Below are positions 1 to 12,908 of a stretch of DNA of 64,000 bases, in pieces (positions within the stretch are counted from its first letter, which is position 1; each line of letters starts with the position of its first letter). The position numbers and the translations under genes were made by a program. Source of the stretch: Gnetum montanum (Eukaryota; Plantae; Gnetophyta); assembly GCA_015680685.1 (NCBI GenBank), contig MNCI01001142.1, positions 7,588 to 71,587 of the forward strand, read 5' to 3'. Below the pieces are notes generated by a model, which made no database searches, was not told the DNA's origin, and saw only the letters and a list, made by a program, of their open reading frames with translations.

Positions 1-719
1 GAAAATGAGGATTCACTTGAGAAAGAAGATGAGGGGGTTAGAGATATGAGGATTCCTACCAGCGTAATCCTCCTCATTCTCTTCCCATCTCAAGAATAGT
101 CCATGAACAAAGGACTTAATAATGTACAGTTTGTTTGTTTTGTTAGGAATGAGGTTTTTATACCACCAAACCTTATGTTTGATGGGAATTTTCCTCCAAA
201 AATATTTATCATTTCAGTTGTAAAAAGTTCAATGAAAATTTCAGTATGTTTCAGTTTCAAAATGAGGCTGCATAAATTTCTTTATGCTTTTAAAGAGGGG
301 CAGAAACATTGGCACATTTTGGCAATTTAATGGAGCAGGCTTTGTTAGGTCGTGAAGCAAATCATATAACTAACGTTCACCCTGATTTAAACATTGCCAA
401 TATTTCATTGGATGAAGACTTTTCAGAGGTGTTGGGTTGGTCGTTTGAAAAGTTTTTCTCTAATTGATTTACTAGCAATACAGTTTTGTTTAAGACAAAT
501 GATCAATTGTTCGGAGTTCATGACATCCCTCTACCAGCTATTTTAGTGCCAAAGAAGCATTCACTGGATCTACAAACATGCCCCTGAAAGCCAGGTACAT
601 TCAAGGACATCCGCCCCTAGAAAAAGCATCTGGAATAGCCCATAATGAGAAGGCAACATGGTGAAGAAGCAGGAGTGGATTACTTTCACTTACAACATAT
701 GGTTTAAGAGAGAAATTTC

Positions 720-1001
720 AATAGGAATCTTGCCAAGCAATTTGTTGTCTCAAAGACCATGATCCTGCAGAGACTTCAAATTTGCAATCTGAAAAGGGAT
801 GCTGCAACTGAACATATTATCATCCAATTGAAGTCGATAGAGAGAAGATAGATTTCCTAAGCTTGCAGAGATGCTTCTAGTTATGAGGTTGGAAAACACA
901 TCCATGTCATGCATATTTGGCCGGAAGCTCACCAAATTGACTGGTAAAGTTCTAGTTAACATGTTCTGGTAAAGACGTAGTTCCTGTAAGAGAGAGCACA
1001 A
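720..1001 (-). pseudogene. Leucine-rich-repeat receptor-like kinase/protein fragment (about 3-4 plant extracellular LRRs, degenerate)
   Basis: Translation SISASLGNLSSLYRLQLDDNMFSCSIPFQIANLKSLQDHGL*DNKLLGKIP fits the plant LRR consensus (GxIPxxLGxLxxLxxLxLxxNxL). There is an internal stop and no kinase or TM domain nearby. Confidence 0.75.
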
Positions 1002-1386
1002 GCCTTGAAAGATGGTAAATTATTTGTGGATGAAGGAAAAGGTAAATAAGTTATTTACCTTAAAAATGTGACATTAATGGATGAACCAAAGAGTGAGAGC
1101 CGTGCACGCCTGGGTACTTCCGAAACACCAAACAGCGGACCGAATATGGCATTGCTACCATTTTCATGGTTGGTGAACTTTAAAATGAAATTCTAGAACT
1201 GTGCCTATGTCAGCAATTTACCGATTAAATTAAACACGCTTGATTAACTGATCCAATAAGTGAAGACTTCAAAGAAACATTTTGGAGAAATCCTCGTCTA
1301 CTGTTCTTCATTACCTTCTGCACAGAATCGTGGCCTCTTCTTCATCTTCATTGATGGCTAAAAAGTAGTTTTCAGAGACCCAAAAA

Positions 1387-1762
1387 ATGGGTTACCAGAG
1401 GCGGCAGATCGCAGCAAAATACCTGGCAGACGATCCAATTCTACGTTGCCGTGCTGTTAGTTGGGCATATTTTTCTATCATCATCTTCTTCATCAGGAGC
1501 ATCAGCAACATCTACAAACCCTAAACCCACACAAAAACTCCATCTGCAGAAGTGGTAAAAATCGCGACCTTGTCTTTGCCAATTTCAACGAAGTACGGCT
1601 ACATCTGCATCTGCGCGTTGGTGGAGAGCAGTGGCAGCAGAGCAGCGATGGAAAGAGCAGAGCAACCATGACGGACGTGGAAGGTGTGGTCAAGCTTTTC
1701 CACGCGCGCGCTTGGAGGCATTTCAGGAGAGGCTTGAAAAGCTAAACCGTGAGATTGCCATG
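1387..1762 (+). pseudogene. CpG-rich frameshifted exon of a probable secreted protein (possibly the signal peptide plus propeptide of an A1 aspartic protease)
   Basis: A hydrophobic stretch FYVAVLLVGHIFLSSSSSSG is followed in other frames by EVRLHLHLRV..MTDVEGVVKLF and RARLEAFQERLEKLNR. No single open frame joins them. The family assignment is weak. Confidence 0.3.
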
Positions 1763-2698
1763 GTATTTCCAAAGCATGGTCAGATAGTATCATCCTTGGC
1801 AAGTAATTTTGGGATTTTTAGATTGCTCTTATTATTCTTGTTGCCCGATAGAAATTTCTATTAGAATTTTGCCATAGAAGCGCTTGTGTTTAAAAGCCTT
1901 AAGAGCATTTTAGTAGTAAATTTCATTATTGTGCAACGTGTGGGAACTACTATTGGGATTGTTGTAAGAGAGCCTCAATTTGTAGTCACGCCGTTGAACA
2001 ATTCAGTAGTTGAGAGGGTTCAGAAAATCTTTGGTATTTTGATGGGACCAGAATAGCTTCTTTTTATCTTTAAAGTGAATTCTTGTGGTTTTTCAATCAG
2101 AAATTGTCAAGTCTTTTAAAGGTTCTGTTTGAATGCAATCGTTGACATCTATTATCTAGTCAAAATGGAGTCTCGTACGTGGTAGTTTACGCAGCAATTT
2201 TTGGTAGCATAATAGGATTGTCTTGAAGATATTGCTTGTTTGAGCCTTGGAAGTTTGAACAATTCNTTGCAATAGTAATGAAATTTGACATGTATAGATG
2301 CATGGTTACTCATGATTTTTAAAAATAACTACATAATTATAGTTTTACAAAAATGTTTGTTTGAGTACAAAATTTTTATGACCTATTAATTAGATACCAT
2401 TTTCAATTAACTATATTTGAACATTATCTGTATAGATATGTGATATATATTCTATAAAGGAATATAATTTTAAATGAAATTGACAATTTAAATATCATAT
2501 TACTTAATATGACATAATGTAATATACCATGATATCTTTGTTCATAGACATATGTAATAAACTCTAGCTTTTTATTTCTTGTCAATCTATCATGATTTAG
2601 TGTTTTGTCATCTATGTTAGTATCTTGTGATAATGAAAATCATATAATGAAAGGAAAAGCAGAAAATAATCAAGACTACATTTTATATTAGAATGTTT

Positions 2699-2965
2699 TT
2701 GGTTGATAAATTTTCCCAATAGATATAAACATAGAAGAATATACATGCAAACATTTAAAAAAATATATGAAAAATATATTCAAATGTTCTAGGCCTAGGA
2801 TTTGCAAGAATAGGGGCAAATTGAGGAGAATGCTTTTGGTCAATGAATTTTCCCAATAGATATAAACCTAGAAGAATGTACATGCAAATATAAAAAGAAA
2901 ATAAATATAAAAGGTATATTCAAAAGTTTTGGACCTAGGGGTTGCAAGAACAAAGGCAAACTAAA
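2699..2965. repeat. Two-copy tandem duplication of about 140 bp
   Basis: aattttcccaatagatataaac..agaagaat.tacatgcaaa..cctagg..ttgcaagaa occurs at about 2710 and about 2848. Confidence 0.85.
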
Positions 2966-3389
2966 AACAATCTACAAGTAAACATTAAAATTTTATTCAA
3001 AAATGATTGTTTAATGGTAATATTACCTAGAACTTTCTTTTTTCTCTTTCAACAATGACAAGAATATGAAATATTTAGATAATTGTGACCTATGATGCTT
3101 CAGTAAATCTTGAATGTTGGAATGCAAAGGAATGTTCTTCTACTCTCAATTTTCTTACATCTTTACCAATTTTCTTATGCTTCTTCCATGATTCTTAGTG
3201 TAATTGTAGTAGTATTCACTTTTTATAGTTTTTAAGGATTAGACTTTAATTTTTTCAAGTTAGAACTTTAGTCTTGATAGGATATCTTTCGGAGCACAAT
3301 CTTGATCATTGAAAAATATGCTAACATGCCTTTTTATATGTAGATTTCAATTAACATGTTAAATAATGAATCTGTGAAATATGTGGTCC

Positions 3390-5500
3390 TCTTTTATGTT
3401 ATCTTGTCCAAGAAATGGTTTCTTTGACAAGTCAACTATGTTTTGGATGCATGTGTCATTTATTCAAAAATGTTATGATTCTCTTAGTTGTCTCCCTAGT
3501 CACTAAAATAGGTTTATTCCTCATGATGTCATGCTACTAAAGATATGATTTCTTAGATGAGAGAAACATGTATGGGAAGTAAGTGTTATGAATAGTATGG
3601 TGAATCTCTTAGGTAGTTGTAACACCAATAATGAACTAGAATTAGTCCAATATTTTATAATATATCAAATAAATCATGTATAAGAATTTAATATTTTTAA
3701 TTTCTCATGAACTAAGGTTAGTTTGCATGATGTCATGCATTCAACAATGTTGTGAATCTCTTGGGTAGTTCTAATACTAGTCATGAACTAGGGTTAGTTG
3801 TCATGATGTCATCTCATTGAAGATGTGCTCCCTTTGATGAGTTGACTATGTATGGGATGCATATGTCATTAAACTAGGATTAGTCCTCATGATATCATCT
3901 CACTAAATATGTGGTTCCTTAGATGAGTCAACTATGTGTTGGGTTCTTATGTCATAGATTCAACAATGTTGTTTATCTCTTGGGTAGTTGTAACAAAGAT
4001 CCTTGAACCAAGATTAGTCCTCATGATATCATCTCAAAGAATATGTGGTTCATTAGACAAGTCAACTATCTTTTGGGTTCTTGTCATTGATTTACAAATG
4101 TTGTTATGCTCATGGATAGTTGTCATCATTATCCCTGAACTAGGGTTAGTCCTCATAATGTCATCATATTGAAGATGTGATTTCTTCGATAAGTCAACTT
4201 TGTATTAGCTGCTTTAATCATGAATTCAATAATGTTATGATTCTCATGAATTCAATAGTCCATGAAATAGGTTTAGTCCTCATGATATCATCTCACAAAA
4301 GATATGGTCCCTTAGATGAGTTAACTATGTATTAGATGCTTATGTTATAAATTCAATAGTGTTGTTAATATTTTGGGGAGTTGTAATAGGCATCTTTAAA
4401 CTAGGTTTAGACCTCATGATATCATCTCAAAAAAGATATGATTTATTAGATGAGTCAACTATGTGTTGGATGCTTATGTTATTAATTCAGGTATGTGATT
4501 ATTCTTATGGGTTGTTGTCACCATTGTTCCTAAACTATGATTAGTCCTCATAATGTCATCACACTGAAGATGTGGTCCCTTAAATAAGTCAACTTTGTAT
4601 TGGATGCTTGGGTCATGAATTCAATAATGTTATGATGCTCATGGATAGTTGTTACCTCATTCCATGAACTAGGGTTACTCCTCATGATATCATCTCATGG
4701 AAGATGTGGCCTCTTAGATGCATCAACTATGTGTTAGATGCTTGTATCATGGATTTAACAGTACTGTTAATCTCTTGGATAGTTTTAAGAGGGATCCTTG
4801 AACTAGAGTTAGTTCTCATTATGTCATCTCAAGGATGATATGGTCCATTAGCTAAGTCAACTACATATTGGTTTCTTATGTTGTTGATTTAAAAATGTTG
4901 TTATTCTTATGGGTCGTTATTGCCATTATCCTTGAACTAGAGTTAGACCTCATAATGTCATCACACCAAAGATGTGTTCATTTAGATAAGTCAACTTTGT
5001 GTCAGATGCTTGGGTCATGGATTCAGCAATGTTATGATTCTCATGGATAGTTATCACCTCAGTCCATGAACTAGGATTAGCCCTCATGATATCATCTCAT
5101 AGAAGATGTGATCCCTTAGATGAGTAAACTATTTATTAGGTTCCTATGTCATGAATTCAGCAGTGTTGTTAATCTCTTAGGTAATTGTAATAGGGATCCT
5201 TGAACTAGGGTTAGTTCTTATTATGTCATCTTAGAGAAGATGCAGTCCATTAGATGAGTCAACTATGTGTTTGATGCTTATGTCATTGATTTACTAATAT
5301 TCTCATGGATAGTTATCATTCCTATCCTTGAATAGTGCTAGTCCTCATGATATCATCACATAGAAGATATGGCTCCTTAAATGAGTCAACTCTGTTTGGA
5401 GTGCTTGTGTTATTTATTCAAAAATATTATAATTATCATGAATACTTGTTACCCCTATCCCTAAACTAGGGTTAATCCTCATGATGTCATCACACAAAAG
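3390..5500. repeat. Degenerate tandem array, about 134-bp monomer, about 15 copies, with a 3-monomer higher-order period
   Basis: Anchor gaactagggttagtcctcatgatgtcatc recurs at about 4005, 4137, 4264, 4399, 4532, 4665, 4800, 4934, 5068, 5202, 5330 and 5464. Confidence 0.92.
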
Positions 5501-8500
5501 GATTGAATTCATTCTTCACATTTTAAATATTTGTGGTAAGGAAAGGTTAACGAAATATATGAAAGAAGGAATAAACTCTTAAGGTATAAATATTTAATTT
5601 TGAGCTTTCATGATTTGAAAATAAGGATCCACATTGAAACATAGGAGGGAAAAAATAATTATATTTAGAGCAAATTTGAACAAGCATCCTTAATCAAAAT
5701 ACCTACTTAATTATTTGTTACTATTTCCACATAAAATAAGGTGACCTACTTAATTATATGTTGCTATTTCCACATAAACTAACTTGGTAATCATATGTGT
5801 CCATATGGGACCTTACGATCTATTAATTGAAATAGGAATATGGATTAATCTTAAAAGAAATACTTTCTTTTTCAAATGAATTAGGGGAAGATAAAGAGCA
5901 TATCTTTGTCACATTTATTTGAGCAGAAGTTTAAGACCCATAATGACCATGTTAAAGCCTTATAATAAAAAAACTTTTATCATATAGATAATTTTTTCTC
6001 ATAAGGAAGTAATTAAAAATTTCTATTTCCATTTCCATTTTCATTTGCATTATTAATATTAAAAATTTCAATATTTATTAAGAAATCTTAAATAAAATTA
6101 AACTCCCATAATTAACATTTTAAAATATAAGTGTCTTTATAAAAGCTAAAAATTCATCACTAAGAATACAAAGGCTAATATAAAATCTTATGATAGATTT
6201 AAAATGTTTCATTACCTTTTTAAAAGTTAAAGTATGTGTAGACTAACCTGCACATTTTCCTCACTTCATTTCATCATGGCTTTTTCATCACGGTATTTCT
6301 CACAATTCTATTTTCATCATGGCATTTTCATTACCATGTTTTATCTCATTATAAAAAATAGGTTTCCTATTCAAATCAAATCATGCCTTTATGTTTATGT
6401 TTTATGTAAGTTCTACATGTTGGCAATATGTCTTAAGAGTATATATATCCAATCAAATTATCTTTAGAAATGGATAGCAATGATCTTAGTCATAAGAATC
6501 TTGATTTAAAAGCTCCAAGTCTTAGGTTTAATTCTAGTGGACAATACTATTTATAAAGTTCTAACTGGATTATGTCAAGGTTTTAAATCTCTCACAAAAT
6601 ATCATGGATTTAAACCATAATAGTATTGGAATATCTTTATAATGAATCACATCTACACTATAAAGGAATATATTAATAATCCATGAGCTATATCTATTAG
6701 TCATGTGGATTACAGTTGTGGTAAGAATACTAATTTATATTGTCAAAAAAATAAAATAATAATAATAATAAAAGAAAATTTTCTACCTAAAACAAGCAAT
6801 ATCAATAGCATAGACAAGCAACCATCTCATCCACACTCATATTTCTACTTCCAAAACTATGCTTTGCACTACTAGTGATTCCAGTGAAACTTCTTCATGC
6901 ATACAATTACTTGGAACTCATCTAGATTAAATTCAATGATTCTACAAAACTTATTACATACATACCTAGAATTTTGGCATTTCTAGTAATTGTGTTGCAT
7001 TGTTCTAGTGAATTTCCTGTGTTGTGATGATGGTACTTGTGCTCCTATTCATGATCCTCTTTATGCTTAGGTATGAATTCTCCTCTTAAATTTGTACTAG
7101 GATTTTCTCCTCTTAAATTTGTACCTAGATTTTCTAAACTTGTACTAGGGTTCAGTTTTCAATTCATGAATTTCAATTGATTATTCTCCAAATTTTTTTA
7201 CTATTTTTTTAGTAACATGAATTTAGGGTTGTATGCATATTTAAATAATCAAATTTAGGGCATAGTTACAAATTCATAGAAATTAAAATGTTTATTGTGG
7301 ATGTTAAATTTCATAACAAAATCATGCACTCCATTAGTGAAGAAGTTTAGGGCATTCAAGGATGTCCTACATAGGTGAGGGTGTTGAAGAAATTTCGGGC
7401 TTCCAATGTACAGGTTCCACAAATTGAATACCTTTTTAATATTGGTAGTGATCAAACTTGAAAATTTATTTTAAGAGATATACATATAGACAAGTGAGGA
7501 ATGCTCACAGGCATTGGAAAGGCAATCTTATTAATCTTAGCTTCTTGTTACCAAACATGATAAATTTATTACCAAACATATCTATGCTTTATAATTGAGT
7601 GAGGTTATTTTTTGATTGATTCAGGAAGGTTGTTAATAAAATTATGGAATGTTTCCCTATACTTTATTTATGTCAAGGGAGATCACTTGCACTAATGTGA
7701 GATTGCAATTTGAGAATCTTTGTTTCCATTGAATACATTATCAAAAGGAGAGCAATTAGATAAAGCTCTAGTTTGATATATGGCTTCAAGTTTATGGTTG
7801 GAAAGCTACAAAGTTCACCACAAGATAGAAACTAAAGGGTGGTTATTAGATATCCTACAAGATGTAAATGCATAAAGGCATCCCAAGAATAACCATATGC
7901 TTCTACTTAAGCTTGTTTCTAAGCCTAAGTGTGAACCTAAACTTGAGTGAGAGGCTAAGCCTGCTACCATTGCATTACTTAAGGATAACTTAAACATGCA
8001 TTAGCAAATAAGGATAACCATATATTTTTGTTTGAATTAATTTTTTCAAACTCATAATAGTGGGCATGAAAATTAGTGACTACATTTAAGCCCTTCAATT
8101 TTACTATTTCTATGTCATAAGCCTATGATGCTTCTATCTTAATTGCTACATAGTGTGTATAGGGTACATTTAGTCTATCCCAATTCTAATGAATTAAAAG
8201 AGTAAAAGATTATAGGAATAATATAAAAAGTGCATAATAGAATTCACAGAAAGCTCCAAGATAAATGTCCTTATAGCCTTTATCTCTTCCAATCCTTGCC
8301 AGCCACATATCTTGGTAGTGATGTCTGTTTCTTACACCCATGGCTTATCCTAAAAATGAGCTTCACACTTGTAATTAGGTAGAAAATTTTGGTTTAATAT
8401 CAAGCTATCTCCAAACTTTCATGAATCATCTTGGTACCAAACCTATGTTGTAATGATTGAATACATATTTTGATACATGAATTACATTTTTAAGATTTTT

Positions 8501-9539
8501 CAGTGTTAAATGGAAATCAAAGATAATTAAAGGTACTTGAATTAGATAAATCAAATGACAAGCTTATTTGAAATTAGGACTCACACAGGTTGTGCAATTA
8601 GATAAATCAACTTTATATAATTACTTTATTCAAATCAGTTTTGGTTATTATAACCAAGGAATGGTTTGTCGACTTGTTAATTTGCATTCTTTTAATAAAC
8701 TAGAATACTAGTTAATATATTTGTTTTCATGCTATTATTTCACATTAATTTGTACTACTATGTATAACCTAAATTATTGATTGATATATATGTTCTGATG
8801 TTAATATTTCAGTGTAATATTTCCTCTTCTTCTATGCACTTCTACTATGATTCCTTTGCTTATAATTCATTTTGACTTCTATAGGCATGATAAGTTTCTA
8901 TTTTTTTTTCTACAAGTTTATTTCATGTTTCATTGTTCTTATTTCCCATTATCTGTTCTAATAATTTTCATAGTTTTTATTAATTTCATAAGATTTATTT
9001 ATCACTATCCTGTGCCATACTCACTGTTATTTCAAATTAGTTTACATAATTTTTATTGATTCCATAGAAGCTATTTATCATTGTTCTATGCCTTACTATC
9101 TATTGTTCTAAATTAGATTAAAAATTTCCTAGGTATCATCATGTTTTGGTATTAAGAATTTAAAATCAATTGCAAAAAATATAGGAAATTAATATTTGTT
9201 ATCTAATTCAATTAGTTAAAATATTTCTTATGAGACATTATAAAAATAATAATTAATGAAATTTTTTGGAAATTAATAACCTTTATAAAATTTAATTGGT
9301 TAAATCAATTCCTATGAGATAATTTTAAAACATTAAAATTATATTCAATTATGAAAATGTTTGAATAAAAATAGAAACTATCTAATTTAATTTGTTGAAA
9401 CTATTTTAATGATATAATTTATGAACATCAAAATATATTCTCTTTTCTCTAAAAAACTATAAAATAAATTTTTATTCAATTTATTTACCTATTTCAATCT
9501 ATACATATATAAAACACACAAAACATGTTATAATGAGGG

Positions 9540-11420
9540 CTACTCAACTCAGTCATTCATCAATTTTCTCTTAATTTTACTTCATGATTCAATTTTTGTA
9601 GTTCATAAACACAATTTACTAACTATCTTAAGCGTTGCTCATCTAAGAAACTTCAAAAAATAATCAAAAAGTGAATCTCATTATACACTCATTCTAAAAA
9701 TGTATTGTGCTTATATCATATTTGTAGGATGCAAAGATGGGTAACCTTCACATATAATGAAATTTTTGATAATTTTCATAAATTTTAAAGAGTGATAGTA
9801 TAACTATATACTATATTTCAAATAGGATCCTATAACATGAGTTATTATTGGTTTAATTTTTGTAATTCATAAACATAATAACTATCTTAAGGGCTTCTCA
9901 GTCAAGCAATCTCAAAAAACAAATAGAAAGTAAATCTCAGTATAGTATCACTTTAAAAAAAGTATGGTATTTATAGAATGCATAGATGGGAAACCTCTAC
10001 AAGTAAATAAAATATTTCCAATAGAATCCTATAACATTTTTTCTTGTTGGATTAATTTTTGTAGTTCAAAAACACATTGATCTAGATATCTTAAGGGTTT
10101 ATTAGCCAATCCACCCGTTAATTTTCTCCTAATTTTACTCCATTCTTCAAATTTTGGAGCTCATAAAAATAATTCACCAATTATCTTAAAGGTTTCTCCT
10201 CAAAAAATAATTAGAAAGTAAATCCTAGTATAGAATTACTTTTAAAAAGTATTATTCTTATATGGTATTTGTAGGATGCACAGACAAGCAACCTTTACAT
10301 ATAGTGATATTTTTGATAATTTTCGTAAATTTAAGGAATGATTGTATAACTAAATCAAATCCAAAGCCTCACTCTTAATGAGAAGAATAGTGGCCTGAGA
10401 ATCAAATCTAAAGCTCCTATAGAAGCCTACATATCCTTGTGACAAAGTACACAAAGGCTTCCTATCCATAATTGAACCTCCACAAGTAAATTAAATATTC
10501 CTAATAGAATCTTGTAATTTCAATTCATGTTGGATCAATTTTTGTAGTTTATAAACTTTATTTACTAGCTATCTTAAGGGTTGATCATTCGAGCAACCTC
10601 AAAGAACAAATAAAAAGTGAATCACAATATAGAATCAAAAACAAAGTGATAGTCTTAATAAATCAAATATTTCCAATAAGATCCTAGTCCATAATGATAA
10701 TGAACAAGTTATCATAAGTCTTGCTCGACTAATCAACCCATAAAAATCACCAAAATTTAATACAAGTATCACTCTAAAAGAGTAAATATATTTTACAGAA
10801 CATAGCAACCTCTAAGAAGAAGAAATTTTGCAAAGGATCCCTATCATGAATGTTACTTAATGAATGTTTCTCAATCATGCATGTTATAAAATATGTTGCT
10901 TTCAATGATCTTGTTTGAATATCCATTTTATCAAACTTACATCTTATATCATAATGGGTTGCCTAATCATGCATGTTATGAAATAGTTATGTTATAGCAC
11001 ATAATTTTTGGACTTTCATTCCATACATTTCATCATGATACTTAATGTATGTTGCTTGATTGCTTATGTTATAAAATCTTTTACTTTTAGTGATCCTTGA
11101 ACCTTCATCTCATTGCATCACTAGTTTGTTATACATCCTAAGGAGTTACCCTATCATGCATGTTATGAAATAGTTATCTTGTTCAAGGTCTATCCTTTTT
11201 CATTAACATGATTAGGTGTTGGTAATGTCTTAAAACTAGTTATGTTGTGCTAGATCATTATCAAACTCTTACTTTAACCATTTCTACCAATTACCTAATG
11301 TAACTTTCTTGATCATTCATGTTATGAAATCAATTATTAACAATGATCCTGATTGAACATCCATCACATTACCACTACATATTATTTCTTAAATGGTTTT
11401 CTAATTATGCATATTATAAT
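9540..11420. repeat. Two adjacent degenerate AT-rich repeat arrays
   Basis: aatttttgtagttcataaacac..ctatcttaagg at about 9590, 9856, 10053, 10150 and 10537. atcatgcatgttat(g/a)aaat at about 10875, 10966, 11153, 11312 and 11403. Confidence 0.75.
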
Positions 11421-12326
11421 ATATTTTTGTTGTTTCGTGTATACTCTTTACCTATAATAGGTTGTCTCATGCAACAAAACTATAGCTAAATCATAGTACA
11501 TGTCAATACTAAAACTAGAGCGATGACACAAGGATGCATGTATTTTTATAAAGTAGATGGATAATCATTCATATGAGGATCACGCAATTATGGTGATGAA
11601 AACTATTGAAAACAATGGAACAATTTATATTTAATCAGAAATGCTTGTGTTACCAACCAAGGAAATACTTCTTAATAGAGATGATGTTGAGATGTTAGTG
11701 AAGAATCTATACAAATTTTGTCATGCCAAGCTTCTAAAAAATAACACACCAGTTTTAGTAATCACAAAAATTTGTTATTTTTAGAATTAGGTTCAAAAAT
11801 ATGATCCTTCATACATGAAGAAGTTTAGACATTCCAAAAACATTCTAGAAGTTTAGACATGAAGAAGAAAATTATATTCTGGTTGAATTTCAAAAGAACT
11901 AGGGCCAATCTATAATAGACTAAAATTTATATTCAAGTAAGTTACTTATGTTTGATCCCTAGATTAATTTGTTTCTATGAAGATATATATCATATATTAA
12001 AGCATTGACATTTCCTATACTAAATATCTTATATATTATCTATTAGTGTATTGACATTCAAGGATCCTTAGGAAAGAAAAATTTTTATCAAATTTGATGA
12101 TGTCCTCTTCAAGAAATGAAATGATATTTTGACAATGTATCAAAATAGAACTTTACAATGTTTTGCCATGATTTCCTCCAATGAAAATTTTAACAAGAAT
12201 ATTCTTAATTATTTGAGATCTAATCTATTCTACCTACTACAAGGTCTCACACAACATAAAATAGAGATATGTACTAATATGTTACTTAACAAATATATGT
12301 GTTTCAAGCATATTAAGGAAAAGTTA

Positions 12327-12908
12327 TGATTGGCAAGGTTTCCCTACACTCAACCATATGAATACGAGTGTCTCACACGCGATCCAGTCGAACTCCAAGG
12401 ACTAAGTGCTTACACGCCTTAATGGAACACTTAAGGATAATCAATCGTTGTCTTCCCAAACTTACTTGTATTGTCATGATTGTATGGTTAAGTAAGCTTG
12501 AGGTATATGATTTTTATATCTTTTATATTTTTAATGTCTTATACTAATGAGGAAGGGTGAAGAGAACTAAATGACTAACTTTCATTAATTATTCACTAAC
12601 TGAGTTCTAATTGTCCTAGCACTAGTATCCATTCCCACTTGCCGCACACACCCTGAACCAGTGCAACGNNNNNNNNNNNNNNNNNNNNNNNNNNNNNNNN
12701 NNNNNNNNNNNNNNNNNNNNNNNNNNNNNNNNNNNNNNNNNNNNNNNNNNNNNNNNNNNNNNNNNNNNNNNNNNNNNNNNNNNNNNNNNNNNNNNNNNNN
12801 NTAGATGATGGAACAAGGGAAAGCCACCTCTTATTTATAGACATTGAGACGGGCCGCGATATCGTGTACACGATATCGCAGGGGTGGACGCAATATCGCG
12901 GCTCATCA
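12327..12908 (-). repeat. E1 3' LTR (contains an N gap)
   Basis: On + it runs tgat..gctcatca, directly followed by tacccccatgactgaa (PPT reverse complement). It matches 18410-18530. Confidence 0.88.

Noticed and set aside
3936-5050. Hydrophobic ORFs of 60-78 aa
   Set aside because: They are translations of the satellite monomers.
3390-5500. CRISPR-like array
   Set aside because: Whole 134-bp units are homologous, with no unique spacers and no cas genes, in a eukaryotic context.
7250-8400. Possible LINE or other TE coding remnant
   Set aside because: No diagnostic motif could be read with confidence.
12585-12871. ORFs containing X runs (also 31549-32348)
   Set aside because: Artefacts of N gaps.
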